NCBI GenBank assembly: GCA_008632985.1
Contig: QPGO01000119.1
Location: 62,001-126,000 of the forward strand
Reading direction: 5' to 3'
Length of the DNA stretch: 64,000 bases
Origin: Psammoneis japonica
Lineage: Eukaryota
In this document: piece after piece, positions 33,886 through 47,653 of the stretch
Position numbering within the stretch: the stretch's first letter is position 1
Layout: each line of letters begins with the position of its first letter
Position numbers and translations under genes: made by a program
Notes under the pieces: generated by a model
What the model saw: only the letters and a program-made list of their open reading frames with translations
Database searches by the model: none
What the model was told of the DNA's origin: nothing

Positions 33886-34481
33886 TGTTGCCTTCACTCA
33901 AAGAGTAACCACACAAACAGCAACAACGAGAAAAAGTGCCGATCCAGATCGATCCGGATCTTGAATCTGAAATCACATCCGGACGACGGACGCGCTCTCA
34001 GGGCGGGACGACGACTCGATCGACTCTTCCTTCAACGCACTCGCCAGAACTGCGTCATCGTACAACAGCACTATCACACAGACTGTACAACGTCAATGTT
34101 CAACTTCCAATGATTCTTATTGGACGAACGCAAAGAACAAATCATAGACATTACAAGGCTCTGATGTTTTATTCGTCTTCACTATCAAAAGCGTGACATT
34201 ATGTTAACGTACGTATTGAAGATTAATATTAATTTCTCTTGAGTTTTACTATCAGATTTTCCTCTTTCGCTTGACACCAATATCGCGAAATTTTTACGAA
34301 ACAGCTGTAACTCCCGCCATTTTTTGTCCAAATCCGAAGCCCGAAGCTCACCAGATCTTCCCACCATTCACTCTCTCACAAACAAGTGCAACAACAAGTA
34401 GCCCTACTCTAGAGTAGCAGGAGGCATAAAAGCCATTGACAATCTTGAAAAGAAAGCCCATCGATTTTATTGTTCTTCAAT

Positions 34482-36328
34482 ATGACGAGCAAGTCTCCAT
34501 GTATGTGGTTCAAGGAGATCTACTCCACGCTGTTGCTGATTTTCTGTACAGTAGTCGTCATGGCCCTCATCTTTACAGAGCAAACCAACCTCTCTGAGGA
34601 AATTCACCCCGCTGTGGTTTTCTTCATCCTCTGGATAGCCCTCATTTGGTTGTCGTTCGTCGAAGGTGGACAGGCGTCTCTTGTCGGTCTTCCTCCCGTG
34701 GATATGATTTTGTACAAGGATTCTCATCCCACCACTCACAAAATCATGCAAGTCGTCAACAAGGGTGACAACCTGGATCGATACCTCATGGGCCGGCAGT
34801 TTATGGTTCTTGCCCTTGTCTTTATTGAAAACTTGTGCGGTGAACCAATCGAAGATGCTCAAGTCTTGGGTTTGCCTGACGCCGTAATGAAGATCTTTTT
34901 GTATTCGGGTCTCGCGCTCTTTTTCATGACGGCAATGATTGCAAAGGTTCGTAATAATATGGTATCCGTGTATCGTTGCTGTTGCATATCTGTATCTTTC
35001 TAACCTTGCCATGTCTCTCTTTTTGCTGCGCAGATTTCTGCTCAAGTGAATGCCTCCCGTTGCATGCTTGACTACGCCAACAACTATGCCAACTATTTCA
35101 CCATGTTTGTGGCAATGGCGATTGAATTCTCGGGCCTGTTGCACTGCTGCTACCTCGTTCAATATTTCTTTGCATGGGCCGCGGGTCAGCCACTTGAATC
35201 CAAGGAGGCTCCCCGTACTCCTGTCCAGCAAGTCTTTTTCTGGATCCGTGTCCTTGTGTCTCTTCTCATTTTGGCGTTTGCCTTTGCCGTGACATTGTCG
35301 GCCCTATTCAATGGTCAGACCACCATGTGGTACGTCACGTAACCGTGTCCTTGAACTATTTTGCTTACCAATGAGTAGCTAACGCGCGCTTTCGTTGTTG
35401 AACAACTCCACAGGGATAGTATCCCGCCGGCAGCTTCGGTGGTGCTCTTTTTTGTATTCATGGCAATTGTGGGAATGCTCGAGGGTATGCAAATTGCATT
35501 CTTTGCCGTTGCAAAGATGACCGAGGAGGAACGAGCGCAGCACAGGTGGGCCAAGAAGACTTGCGATGTGCTCTTTGAAGGCGAGGCGAGAAATCTACCC
35601 GGATTCATGGTTGTAAGTATACACATCAACAGAGAAGTTCAAATGAAAAGTGTTTTTCTTGTTCGATGCTCATGATTCTTCCATGTGTCTTTCAGGGTCG
35701 GCAAATGTGCGTGACAATGTGCTTCTTCATTGTGGCTCGCGTCACTACCATTAAACTTGAAGAAGGGGACGAAAACATCTTTGGCGTCTCGGACGGTATG
35801 CAGAAATTCTTTGAAACCGGTTTGCTTGGCGCACTCATTACCACCATTGTAGCCTCCATCACGTGGCAGCTTGTGGCATCGGCGTTTCCCATGGCCTTTT
35901 TGTCCACCCCCATTACATATATTTTTCTTCGCTTCTGCCTCTTTCTCGAGTGGACGGGTCTTTGCCAGGGCGCATGGGTCGTTGCTAGGGTGTACAGGAA
36001 GATTGCGCGTTACAAGCGTGATGAAGTTTACATTGGAACTGCCGAAGAGCGAGCCGCCAACAAAATGAAGGATCCCAGTGTTGCCCCCGAGGACGATGAG
36101 TACAAGGTGGTTCCTGGTCACCTTTACCCTGGCGTTCCCAGACTCCCTCCTGACTTTGGACACGCGGAGACTCTTGAAGAGGTGGAAGAACTGGAAAGCG
36201 AGCTACTTGAACACATGCACGAAATCGAAGACCGTCTAAAGGTAGTTCAAAAGCGAAAAATGGATCTCATGGGAGTGCAGGATATTGAGAGGAGCAGGCA
36301 CCCTATTAGGTACGGTGTGTACGGCTAG
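34482..36328 (+). CDS. SIT: Diatom silicon transporter; 4 exons (34482-34946, 35034-35329, 35414-35612, 35696-36328)
   Basis: EGGQASLVGL, LDRYLMGRQF, QVNASRCMLD, LEGMQIAFF, PGFMVGRQ; about 10 TM segments; C-terminal coiled coil; three GT-AG introns restore the frame. Confidence 0.96.
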
Positions 36329-36724
36329 AGAGAATAGCGCCAAGCGTCTACGACCAAAGAAATGAACTACTTTAATAACTAAAATGCATATACATGCCCA
36401 AAGAATTATCTGTTTTTGTGCATAAAGTCGTGATGACGATACGAAACTGCTAGAAATACGACCAACGGCTCCAATCCAACTGCCCGGAATAGAAACAAGC
36501 GGAGAGTCTAGAGTGTTTCCGACGAGGTGGGCACAAGTATCGTGTTTCCGCAAGAACATCATACGATCAGTCATCTCGCAAGAAGCTTTTCAATCAGTAA
36601 CCGTGCTTGGCGCTCGACCGAGCACTCGGGAGGACTAAACATAAAGTGCCAGTACAATAGTAGGTAGTATTCATTCCTTCTTTATCTATTATTTGTGTAG
36701 CAAAACTGTTCATCATCTCGTTGC

Positions 36725-39540
36725 CTATTGAGGAGGCATGGACCAGCTGGACGGATCATTTTCGATGTCAGACAGGAGCTGCCTTGCTGATTCGAGTCTT
36801 GCGCTTTGTTTCGGGGCGTTTGCGGCTACCGGAGTCGCCTGAACCGTGACGCTATTTGAGGCTTCTGGCTCGAGTAGTTCCGCTTCCTTTTCTTGAGGCT
36901 TTTCCGGCGGTGGAATAGTCATTACTTCTCGTTCTCCCTTTTCCAATCTGTTGGCCGTCAGGGTGAGCAATTGATTTGCCAATCGATTTCCCGTCAATAC
37001 AATTCCACTCGTCGGTCCCACAGTTTCTGTACCAACAGTGTGGAAAATTCCAAAAGTTCTTCTCTTGACAAGGTTGACAAGTCCAAGTTGGAATGTTCGC
37101 TGGAAATTTGTTGTTGCATCAAATTAATTAGATTGCGGCTCGTTTCAATCGTTTTGGAATCCAGTTCATTCATACGCACAATCGGACTGGTGCGCCACAT
37201 TCCAACGGATCAACGACGTACCCAAGACGGTACGTCCATTGGGTAATGTCCAGAGCGTTCCCGGAGAGTCGTCCACACGGACCGACTGGTGGAACTCAAC
37301 AGTTTGGCAAACTGTTCAATGACAATGCTTTGAATCGGCGTCTCTTCTTCGGAAAGAACCAAATCCAACACTTGATCTGACAAATTTTCCAAAAGCGCCG
37401 TTTTCGAAGAGGCATCGCCGTCTGCAGCCAAGAGTGCACCAGACGCGGACGTTGTGTAGTCACCAAAGCCAACGACAAGTTGCTCGACGCGTTCGTAATC
37501 GATAATGCGGGTATCGACATTGGATTTGTCGGGACCAAAGATAAAGGTATTGAGTGCACCGCCTGCTCGAGACGATTTGTCGGTCAAGAGACGTTTTGAC
37601 ACGTACGGGAGACACTCATTGATAATGCTGTATTTGGGATTGTTGCTCAAACCGATACCCTCCAACACCGAGAAGCTCTTGGCAATGTACGCAAAGTAGG
37701 GAGGAATTTGAAACAAATTGCCCCGCGTCGCGGTCAAATCTTGCAATTGTGCAATCACCTTGTTGACATTGATAGTAGCCGCACCACCACCCTTGGTCCA
37801 AGCTCCGTAAATATCCGCAAGCGTCTCGACAACACCGGAATCACGAATCGAGTCCTTCTTTTCGGGTGGAATGAATCCCAACAGTAGCAAATCCTTGGGG
37901 ATCTCGGCATAATCAGCACTGGTCAAGTGTGCCATGTGTTCAATGAGCGTCAATTGCAAATTCTTGTCAAGACGTGTCACCATGCCCCAATCTAAAATAC
38001 AAAGACGACCGTCCGCCTTGGTTCTCAGCAAATTGCCAGGGTGTGGGCTGGGCAAAAAGGGAAAAAACACAAATATAAGCAAAAATTGACACGACAGTGT
38101 AAATCTACATACGCACAGTGTAAACTTACTCGCAATGCAACAAGCCGGTTTCCAACATCATGGTTAGATAGGTATTCATGGCAATGGAGCAAGAACCGTG
38201 ACATCCTCGGACGAGGATTGATCCAATCGTTCTCCGTCCACCCATTCCGTCATTAACACTTTACGCGTCGTCCATTCATCCACGACGGGCGGTGCAAACA
38301 CCACCTTGGCCAAGGGCGTCGATTGAATGCTTTCCGTAAAGGTCTTTGCGTTTTGTGCTTCGGATATATAGTCCAATTCATCGACAAAGCCGTCACCCCA
38401 CGCATCGACGGTCCCGACCGTGTCGGTATTCAATTAAAGAGTCGTTTGGCTACCGGTGCCACCTCGCGCAACAAGTGCATGTCGAGGGCAATTTGATTCA
38501 TAATGTTGGGTCGTTGCACCTTAATGGCAACCTCCTTTCCATCCAATGTGGTGGCCTTGTAGACTTGTCCCAAACTGGCGGCAGCTACGGGTTCGGGTGA
38601 AATTTCTTTAGCACAGAATCCACCGGCACACCCCACTCTTCTTCCAGCATTTTGTAGGCAATTTTGGAATCAAACGGTGGCACTTGATCTTGCAGTGTTG
38701 CCAATCCCCGAACGTACGGCGGACTCAACAAGTCGGTTCGAATCGATAGGCTTTGACCAATCTTGATAAAGCTGGGTCCCAATTTGGTTAACAATTGTGC
38801 CAATTCGACGGCACGGATTTCGGCATTTTCATCCAACTTGTTTGGGCATAATCCATGGCGAGATTCAATCCAAATTGCAACGAATTCAAACCCACCTCGA
38901 GTCCACGTTGCAACACGACATGGAGGCGTTGGTCGTAATATTGACGTGCCGATGTTGAATCATATTTCAACAATGGATAGGGTTTGGACGGTGGTGGTTC
39001 CTTGCCCATGCTGAGCATGGAACTGACAACCCAATATGTCGTGACGCTCGACACCAAGACTTGGACGAGTGGTGGCAAATCCACTTGTTGTAAAAAGGCT
39101 TGCGCCGATTGATAGTACGGCTCGACTTGAGGATGGGACTTTATAAATTCTTGCAGTGACGTTTGCAAGGATTGACCGAGATTTTCCAATTCCTTCAACA
39201 CGGTAGAGTCTTTTAGCTGATCCAAGAGCTTGGTAATGTCAGCCTTGTTTTCCAAAAACGCATTGACACTATCCGACAGCTTGGAAATGTCGGGCTTGTT
39301 TTCCAACAACGAATTCAAGCCATTCATTTCTTGTGAACTTGTCTTGAAAGGTCATTTCGGTTGTTGGCAATTTATTCATAATGTTGCTCCATTGATCTTG
39401 CAAATCGGGTGTGGCATGGAGTGATGATGCTGTGAACTACTACTTGTAGTAGTTGTTGGATTATTGTATGCGGGTGGTGGAGCAACAAAGGCATTTCCGA
39501 CATGGTTCAAGCACAAGAGCGCTACAATTGGAAACTTCAT
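36725..39540 (-). CDS. ABC1/UbiB atypical kinase, plastid-targeted; one intron (~38046-38129) and several apparent frameshifts
   Basis: MKFPIVALLCLNHVGNA-FVAP presequence; LGPSFIKIGQSLSIRTDLL; LQDQVPPF; PVAAASLGQVYKA; VAIKVQRP; ELDYISEA; VLMTEWVDG; PHPGNLL; ILDWGMV; FQIPPYFAYIAKSFSVLEGIG. Confidence 0.9.
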
Positions 39541-39898
39541 GATGATGTGGTGATGTTGCCACCCCTCTTGTATAAAACGACGGGACGCGATAAAAATGAA
39601 TGAAGCGGAACGCAATTGGGGTTGTTGTTGTTGTGTTTGACCAACGCAGAACAAAAAGCGTCTCCATCATGACCCAACTTTCGCGCCATGCGAACCACGT
39701 CAGTGCATTCACGTTTTGTGACATCATCATGACCTTCATCGAATCGAATGAATCAATCATTGATCCGTTCAGTCGAACCAATCATGGATGTCTGCCGTTG
39801 GGCGTTGCGGGCGGCGGGCGCGTTGAGAGGATGAGACAACGCAATGACCCCCGTCGTGGCCTAGACTAGCTAGGTAATCTTGCATCATTCAGTGTAGA

Positions 39899-39946
39899 CA
39901 ACAAGCAAGACAACAACAACAACAACAACAAAACAACAACACAACA

Positions 39947-39984
<38 letters not shown>
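39899..39984. repeat. (AAC)n microsatellite between the divergent ABC1 and MFS genes
   Basis: CAACAACAAC... tract ends about 10 bp before ATG 39995. Confidence 0.9.
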
Positions 39985-39994
39985 CTTCATCACC

Positions 39995-41722
39995 ATGTTG
40001 TACTCGGCCGTCTTTTGGGTGGCACTGTTACTGAATGCCGTCGTGACGGTTCGTTCCTCCTCCCTCTATCAACGCTACTTTGTTTCTTCTTCTTCGTCGT
40101 CATCTGCCACAGAAAAAGAAGAGAATGTGTTGGAAAAACAACGTCACAAATCCTTATTGACACGCTATTTGATTGTCTATTTATTGGCAACACTCAGTGA
40201 TTGGTTGCAGGGTCCGTATGTTTATGCGTTGTATGATAGTTATGGATACAGTCAACATGACATTGCCGTCTTGTTTGTCGCTGGCTTTGGTTCGTCCATG
40301 GTGTTTGGATCCTTTGTGGGGGGCATGGCCGATTGGGGTGGACGACGACGTTTTGTGGTTTTGTTTTGTGTCATTTATGCAGCGAGTTGTATTACCAAAC
40401 GTGAGTTGATGAATGTGTATATATGATGTTTGTATGGGAGAAACGATTCAGCTTACACTGCTTCAACTATTCACGTTATAGACTTTAAAAACTTTCACAT
40501 TTTAATGCTGGGAAGGCTTTTGGGTGGTGTCGCCACGTCGCTTTTGTTTTCCGTATTTGAAGCGTGGCTTATTCGGGCTCATGCCGATGCTAATATTGAC
40601 AAGGTGAGTATGAATGATTTTGTAATTTGTATCATGTTATATGCTTTAGTTTTCTCAAGATTACTGCACGTTCCTTACACTCTCATATTTTATGTACGCA
40701 CAGTCATTTCTATCCACATCCTTTTCTTCGGCTGCCTATGGCAATTCCATCATTGCCATTTTGGCGGGTCTTATTGCCAACAAGGCTGCCTCCGCTTCCA
40801 ATATGGTGCCATTGATCAATGGCGGCAATACTACTACCCAAGACGCTGCTGTGATGGTGGACATGAAGAAGCCTTGCTTTTCATTGGTGGTTTCCTAAGT
40901 CCCTTTGACATTGCACTCTTGGCTCTTTGTGTCTGTGGTACGTGTGCGGTCCTTTTATGGGATGAAAATTATGGAGACACATCTGCGTCTCTACGAAACA
41001 ATGACGCCGCATCCGACGATGGAGCTGCACATCCATCGTGGCATGATGGTTTGAAGAATGCACTCGATACCACCATGCGCAATCGTGATGTGCTTTTGTG
41101 TGGACTCGTGTCGAGTTTGTTTGAAGGATCCATGTATGTCTTTGTATTCATGTGGACACCGGCTCTCACGGCCTTGTCGGAATCCAAGGACGAATTGCCA
41201 TTTGGTCTCATCTTTTCTACGTTCATGGTTTGTTGCATGGCTGGTTCGAGTATCTTTTCCATTCTCATTAAACATCTTCGTCCCGAAGCATTGGCCGTGA
41301 TTGTTTTTTTGATTTCCAGTCTCGCCATGGCCATGGTATCCATGGCGACTAGCAATTTGATTAGCTTTTTGGGCATGAATTTGTTTGAAGTGTGCGTTGG
41401 CATGTACTTTCCCATTATGGGCACGTTGAAAGGGACCATTGTTCCCGAAGACAAGCGTGCGGCCATTTACAATTTGTATCGGATACCCTTGAATTTTATT
41501 GTGCTCTTGGCACTCTTGACGGATTTGACACCCACCCAGTCGTTTGCGTGCAACACGGCAATGCTGGTAACCGCCACGGTCCTTGCCGTCAATCTCATGA
41601 AGAGACGTCGCTTGTATTCGCAACAAGAATCATTTGTGAGCAATAAGGAAGAGCAACAAGAGGAAGAGACGGAATTGACCAAGGGTTTGGTGGTGGCGGC
41701 GGCTGCAGAGGAAGCCGTCTAG
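39995..41722 (+). CDS. MFSD5: MFS molybdate-anion transporter (MFSD5/MOT2-like); introns ~40402-40480 and ~40604-40703, frameshift near 40850
   Basis: YLIVYLLATLSDWLQGPYVYALY; LFVAGFGSS; GRLLGGVATSLLFSVFEAW; SLFEGSMYVFVFMWTP; GLIFSTFM; FEVCVGMYFP; RAAIYNLYRIPLN. Confidence 0.9.
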
Positions 41723-41929
41723 TAGTTGAAAGCATATCTGGGGTAGATATTTATGAATTGTAGTTTGATAAATTTTAGCGCTTACTGCATTGTGATTACA
41801 AGCGATGTAACAAACTACGGTAGACAAAAGTGACATTGTACTATACTTTCCGCTCTAAGCTAAAAAACAACACATGTCCGCTCGATGCTAATCAAGATTC
41901 ACTAACGAGCGAACACTGCGAAAGGCGAG

Positions 41930-44900
41930 CCTGATTTGTTTCAACATTGTGGCACAACTGGGTTCGGGCACCTCAACAGCCTTCTCGGGTTCGTCACGGT
42001 GTTTCAAAAATTAATGGTGCGGAATCTTGAAGAATGTTCATCAAATGCATCGACATGTTCCACAACGCAACTCTTGTCTCCCAATGTTCAACATTCCACT
42101 CCATTGTGGAGTGACAGTCAGACAGAGTTGAGTTCAGAAGCAGCAAGAAAACCTTTTCAAAAGCAGGCTCACCTGTGCCTTTGCTGGTGCAGTCAAGTGC
42201 ATTGACATCTCCAACAAAACTCTCTTTCCCCAGTGTCCAATGTTCAATTTGATCTGAGAGAGATGGTCAGGCAAGAAGGTTGGGTTCTGAAGGAGCAAAA
42301 AATTGTTGTGTTCCTGCTGAACACAAGTGCCTGAGTCTGGATTTGCATGATGACATGGGGTGTTTGACATTTTCATCTGCTCCCTTTTGCCAAAGTTGAA
42401 ATGCTCCTGCCTTCTTGGATTGATTCCAAAAACATGAAGTGTTTGTCTGACAAGAAAGCTGGGCTCTCACATCTTGCGATGGGGCTGACTTTTTGGCTCA
42501 ATCATGATGCTGCTGTCAGGAGCAGTGTTGTGAAAAAATTTGCTGGAGGCTGCCATTGGACCCACCATTGTTGTCCTGCTCAAAACAGTCAAAGACACAT
42601 GGCGCTGACTGTTGGTGCAACCATGGGCATGGCACTGTGCAAGAAATCTTGGGTGCAGTCAGGAGATTTGTCGTTGTTGCCAAAAAACAAGTGCAAAAAC
42701 TGGAGCATTTTTGAGAAGCACAGTGCTCCTCAGGGAGCGGCACTGCCAATGATGTCACGAGAGCACAGCAGCTGTAGCTGCTTTTGAGGGGTTGGCATTG
42801 TCCAAAAACTTGTGCAGGAGAACTTGTTTGACTGTGCTGGTGTGGTGCCATCAAGAAAACCGAAATCTGTTTTACCGCTGCCTCGCTGCCGCCCACACCA
42901 ACACCGACCACAGTGGACCCATGTTCCCCAGTGCCCACAAAGGGCAGCAGGGACAATTCAAACACTGTCAAATGTTGTCAGAAAGACAATGCCATTGACA
43001 CGTTGTCCAAAGGCAATGCTGTCAATGTGTCATCAGAAAGAGGCTGTTTGTTTTAAGTCAGAATGGCACTGGCCAGATGCTTGTTACACGGCAACACAGT
43101 TGCTGTGCCTCGAAGAATGGACAAGCCCAGCCACACTGCTTGGGAGACACCAAAATGAACACTGCAGAAAACTAAAACTCTCGTGTCCATCTCCAAAGAC
43201 AATTTGAGCGTGAATGAAATTCCTGGCATGAAGCCATCCAGGAAGTCCAACACGGACCGCAACGATGAAAGGAAATGACAATCGTGGAAAATGCCATCAC
43301 ACGCAGAATTGTGCAGGAATTGTGTGCTGAAGCTGCAGCATTGAAGTGCAAAAAGAGCAAACACTCGGACCTGGAAATGCTGGCCACTTGAAAGACTTAT
43401 GAAGACCCACTTTGAAGCACCGTGAAATGTTGGTCATGACATTGAATTGCACTGCAAAGAAAACTTGGAGGAAGAACGTTGGCAAGAAAAACAAAGGATG
43501 AAACTTGAAACGGTCTCCACTCAAAATTCTGGCCAAACACATGGAATTGTACATGGAACTTGCACTGAAATGACCGACTTGGAAATTGCTGAATCACGCA
43601 GAAAAATTGACATAGAAAACATGCTGACATGTGGAAAGAAAATGCAAAGAGGTGCCCCCTCTGACACCTTTTGGTTTCTCTGTCATTGGCGCAACTGCCT
43701 GACGTCCCAAAGTGCCCAAAGAGGTTGGCATGCCACCACACTCTCACACGGGGCAATCCCACGGGTGCTTGCGTAGAATTGTCTGGTGTGGTGCTGTCAA
43801 CTGACACCGTGATCAGAGCAAGATGGTGCTGACACAGAGTGGTTTGCCATGTTGACAAACACAGGGCAGAGAGTGTGAAGGCTGGTGCAGTGGTGGCACA
43901 ACAACAGCATCAGAGATCATGCAGAAAAGGGGCGCTTTCATGGTTGAACTGACTGCAACAACAAAAAATGTGATGGCTTCAAAAAGGCAAACATTTTTTG
44001 CAAAGGACGCAGAAAGCTTTGTGCAAAACATGTGTTAGAATCATCTGTGTGGCAGCACGAGCCACTCATCATGGACATGGGCACCATTGAATGGTGTTCA
44101 AAAAAGTTTGCTTGACAGCCATGTGTCGCAATGACACCTTCACCAGCAGGTGTTGGAGGGTGCCGTGGTGTCGGAAGAGAGTGGTTGGGGAGAATGGGTG
44201 GTGGAAAGGGGTGTGTGCAAAGTGTGCTCGGCAATGGAGAAAATAAAGATGAGTCCAAAGTGGGGGCAGACAGTTGGGGAAGAGAGTTGTTGGTGATGGT
44301 TGGGTGTGATGGAGAGGGAGGGTTTGACGCACAGAAAGGTGGGTGGAGGGGGGCGTGGCGAAGTTTGCACCAACAAGGATTTGGGAGGCCCAAAGTTGGG
44401 GAGCAGCGGCGTGGTGGGGAGTGCCAAAGGGGTCCAGTGAGATTTGTTTCCAGCTGGTGTTGGAGTTGGCAAGGAGGTTGGATGGCATGAGAAGGGAGGT
44501 TTTGAAGGCAGAAAAGAAGGATGCCACAAAATCGGAGAGGGAGGGTGGCTCAGTCCAGGGTGGTTTGGTGGGAGGGAGAGGTGGGGCAGAAGCAAGAGGA
44601 CGTTGTGGTGGAGGTGCCGAAGAAAAAACATGAAAGAGGCATCCAATGCCGCCAAGATGATCAACGGTGAAAGGGAGAGGAAGAGGCCAGCTTGGTTGAT
44701 GGCATCGATGATGTCGGGCGAGCGGCAGGCAGATGGCATGGTTCGACCGAGGAGCTTGTCTCGCGTGCTATGCTGCTGAGGCAAGCCTTGTTTTAGGAGG
44801 TTTTCTGGGGCAGGCAAACTGGGTGCAGGAGGCGGGGTTGGCCATGAATGGACGTTGGACGGTTTCTTCGTGAACCAACGAACGAGCCGAACGAATGACG

Positions 44901-44930
44901 AGCGAGTAACAGGCCAAGGGCCAGCAAAGC
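41930..44930. mobile_element. Degenerate TpA-depleted repeat block, family not recognised
   Basis: Abrupt loss of TpA after ~41930 and return after ~44930; Cys/His-rich overlapping ORFs; G-rich low-complexity stretch 44150-44610. Confidence 0.5.
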
Positions 44931-45225
44931 AGATAGTCGCGTCTGTTGTCTATGTTGCTGCAAAGAAAAACTTTTATGTCGGTAGCCTGTGCTGCTGCCG
45001 CATATTTTACCACAGTGATTAGAGGCTAGAGTGGAGATAGCTCTCAGCATGGCCGCAATTCTTTTACGAAAGACTCGATTTCAAAGCTTTCGGAACAACA
45101 GTGGACGCGGGACGATTTTGTTAGAGTGCGGCATTCAAGGCTACTTGTTCCCTTGGTGGTGTATCATCAATCATAACTGTGACCATTGACCAATTGCAGC
45201 TGTCAATATCGAGACGATTATTACA

Positions 45226-46300
45226 ATGACGACGAGCTCAGTACAAGCCAGACCCCCTCCTTTCGCTTCCAGAGGATGCTTTGCTCGATTCGTTCTGGTG
45301 GTGGTTGCGTTCTTGTATTATCTGACAAACTTATACAGCTCGAATATCTACAACCAATCCATTCAAAACGTCGGCGAAGAGCAACCACAACGATTTGACT
45401 CTGAACCTCTTTTTATTATTCAAGAGAAGCACACGCCAAACACAGGAAAACCAGGTACGATGGCAGAAACCTTGAATGCGTCGACTTACCCGGACAAAGA
45501 TAAGGATGAGCATTCCATCGCTCCATCGCCCCCTCTCATGTTGAGAACGCGACGAGAAATTCTCAACGAGCCATAGACATTTTGTTTGCAGCAGCCATGT
45601 CGATGCAACGCTCGAGCTCAACAACCCTTTTATATCATACACTCGGCACCTCAAATCCATGCTTTCTCTTCCATTGAATGAAATCTTCCAAGCCAAAGTT
45701 ACTCGCAGTCGGGAGGTGCTTGGCAGAAGGAGGGGAAGGAGATATTGTTGGCAACATTTCATCTCGGCAAGAGAGTGATTCCACAGCCGCTCAAAACGAT
45801 TCCTCCACAATGTCGCACAACGACGGTGTTTGAATCGAGCGTCACGTGTATCTTGTGGAGGAAAATGGTTTTTGGAATGAGAGACGCTATGGACGCTCCT
45901 GTACGGCACAACAATATCGTGCCGATTATTCTGGATTGGGACGTCAATATCATTGGTGGAAACCAAAGTAGTTGCTCTTCAAATAGGCGATTGGGACACC
46001 ACCGGCTCTGTAGGGCACAAGGAAGATATTGCTGCGTTGGACGCATCCCACCAATCTCGTTCCCTCAGTCAGATGAAATCAGCTATTACAATATCATACT
46101 GCGATCTTTGTGTGTAACTTTAAATAAAGCTCACAAGGAGTGGCATGCCCTGGCACGATCTACTTCTCTCCGACCCGAAAAGCGAGTAGAAGAAGTGTCA
46201 TTTTGAGATCGTCACACAAGACAATGGGACGGCGGCGCTGGAAATAGTAGTGGATACCTTTCCAGCCTCGTTTCGGGAATGGTGGAATGCAATGAAGGAC
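45226..46300 (+). pseudogene. Fragmented type II membrane protein-like gene
   Basis: MTTSS...RFVLVVVAFLYYLTNL TM followed by a stem; downstream coding-like sequence breaks into several frames. Confidence 0.35.
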
Positions 46301-47270
46301 AACTCGTTGACACTCTTTTTGCAGTTCAGCACGAGGCTGACTAGGGGGGGAAAGTTGACACAGAAAAATCGTCACCCGTGACGAGTGCAAAGTATTCTTC
46401 AGCCTAGCTTCCGTGTCCTCTTTTAGGTTCTACTTGTTGATCTAGAGTCTACCGTACCTCACGTTGCTTCTTGCAGCACGTACTGTGTGCAATACCAGGG
46501 CTTGCTCAATCTGAACTGCTCCGACTGAGATTTCGCCTTGTATCATGCGAGTATTCACCTAAATCTCCCTCTGAGCCTCCGAGCAACACAGACGTGGCGC
46601 ACCGGTATAGGCAACAAACGACAGCGACCATCCACAAAAATCTGATTGTGGAACCGAGAGACGAAGCCCTCTTGAAGAAAAAGTGCCAAATCACGATTTT
46701 TTGCGGCAGAACTCTGTGCATCGATGAATATCGCAGAAAAAAATGGTTTAAGGCTTGAAAGAAAGAAGCCTACCTAAATGCGATTGCCGGCAGTCGACCA
46801 GACATGCGCTTGATGCTTCGACCGCTGTTACGGAGATATGGTATGTTGTGCATCACTGTCATGATGTTGTGTGCCGGCTGGAATTGACGCCGAACCAAAA
46901 TCATAATTTACCGTGGCTGTACGCTGGTCACGCGTTTCTTTTTTCTTATTGCAGGTGTACGCATTGGTGCCAAATCAGTCCGCCTCAAGAATGAGACACT
47001 GACCAGGCACCTCGTGGCGCTCCTCCAAACTCAGAAACAAGCATGCCGAATGCCGCATGGTTTTGTCTGTGGATCACACGACAGAAACCATGTCGGGCAG
47101 ACCAGCAATGTCGACAGCGCTTTAAACGGTGGTCGAATCTCAGCAATCTGAAAATCAAGCCTTCATCTCAACATAAAGGACGCCGCCGATCTTCCAGGTG
47201 CGCCCTGCTATTGGACGAGCAACTTCAAATTTGGCGCACTTGGAAAAATGTGAGGGAAGCAGGTTCACAA

Positions 47271-47353
47271 GATCTCCAACGGCTTTCAGTCCTTCAAAAT
47301 CTACTGATGATATAATCACACGATCTCCAACGGCTTTCAGTCCTTCAAAATCT
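47271..47353. repeat. 32-bp direct repeat, two copies
   Basis: GATCTCCAACGGCTTTCAGTCCTTCAAAATCT at ~47271 and ~47322. Confidence 0.9.
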
Positions 47354-47653
47354 GTAATATTGTATTAGTACATTAATACTAATAAAACACAGTTTCAACC
47401 GCCAAATTATACCCCACGTAGAAATAGTGCGACAAATCACACGACTTGAAATTTGAAATCGCACGATCCCGCAAAAAAATATACGATCAACCCAATACTT
47501 TAGATGTCCAAGTAGAAATGTACTGAGTTTCTACACAACTGTTAGTGGATCGAGTCTTGTGTTTGCCTCATTTTTTTCTGCATGAACCTGTTGCTTCTCA
47601 TTCTCACAAGACTCTCACATTTCTCTCGCCCACGGCAATCGCAGTTGATCACC

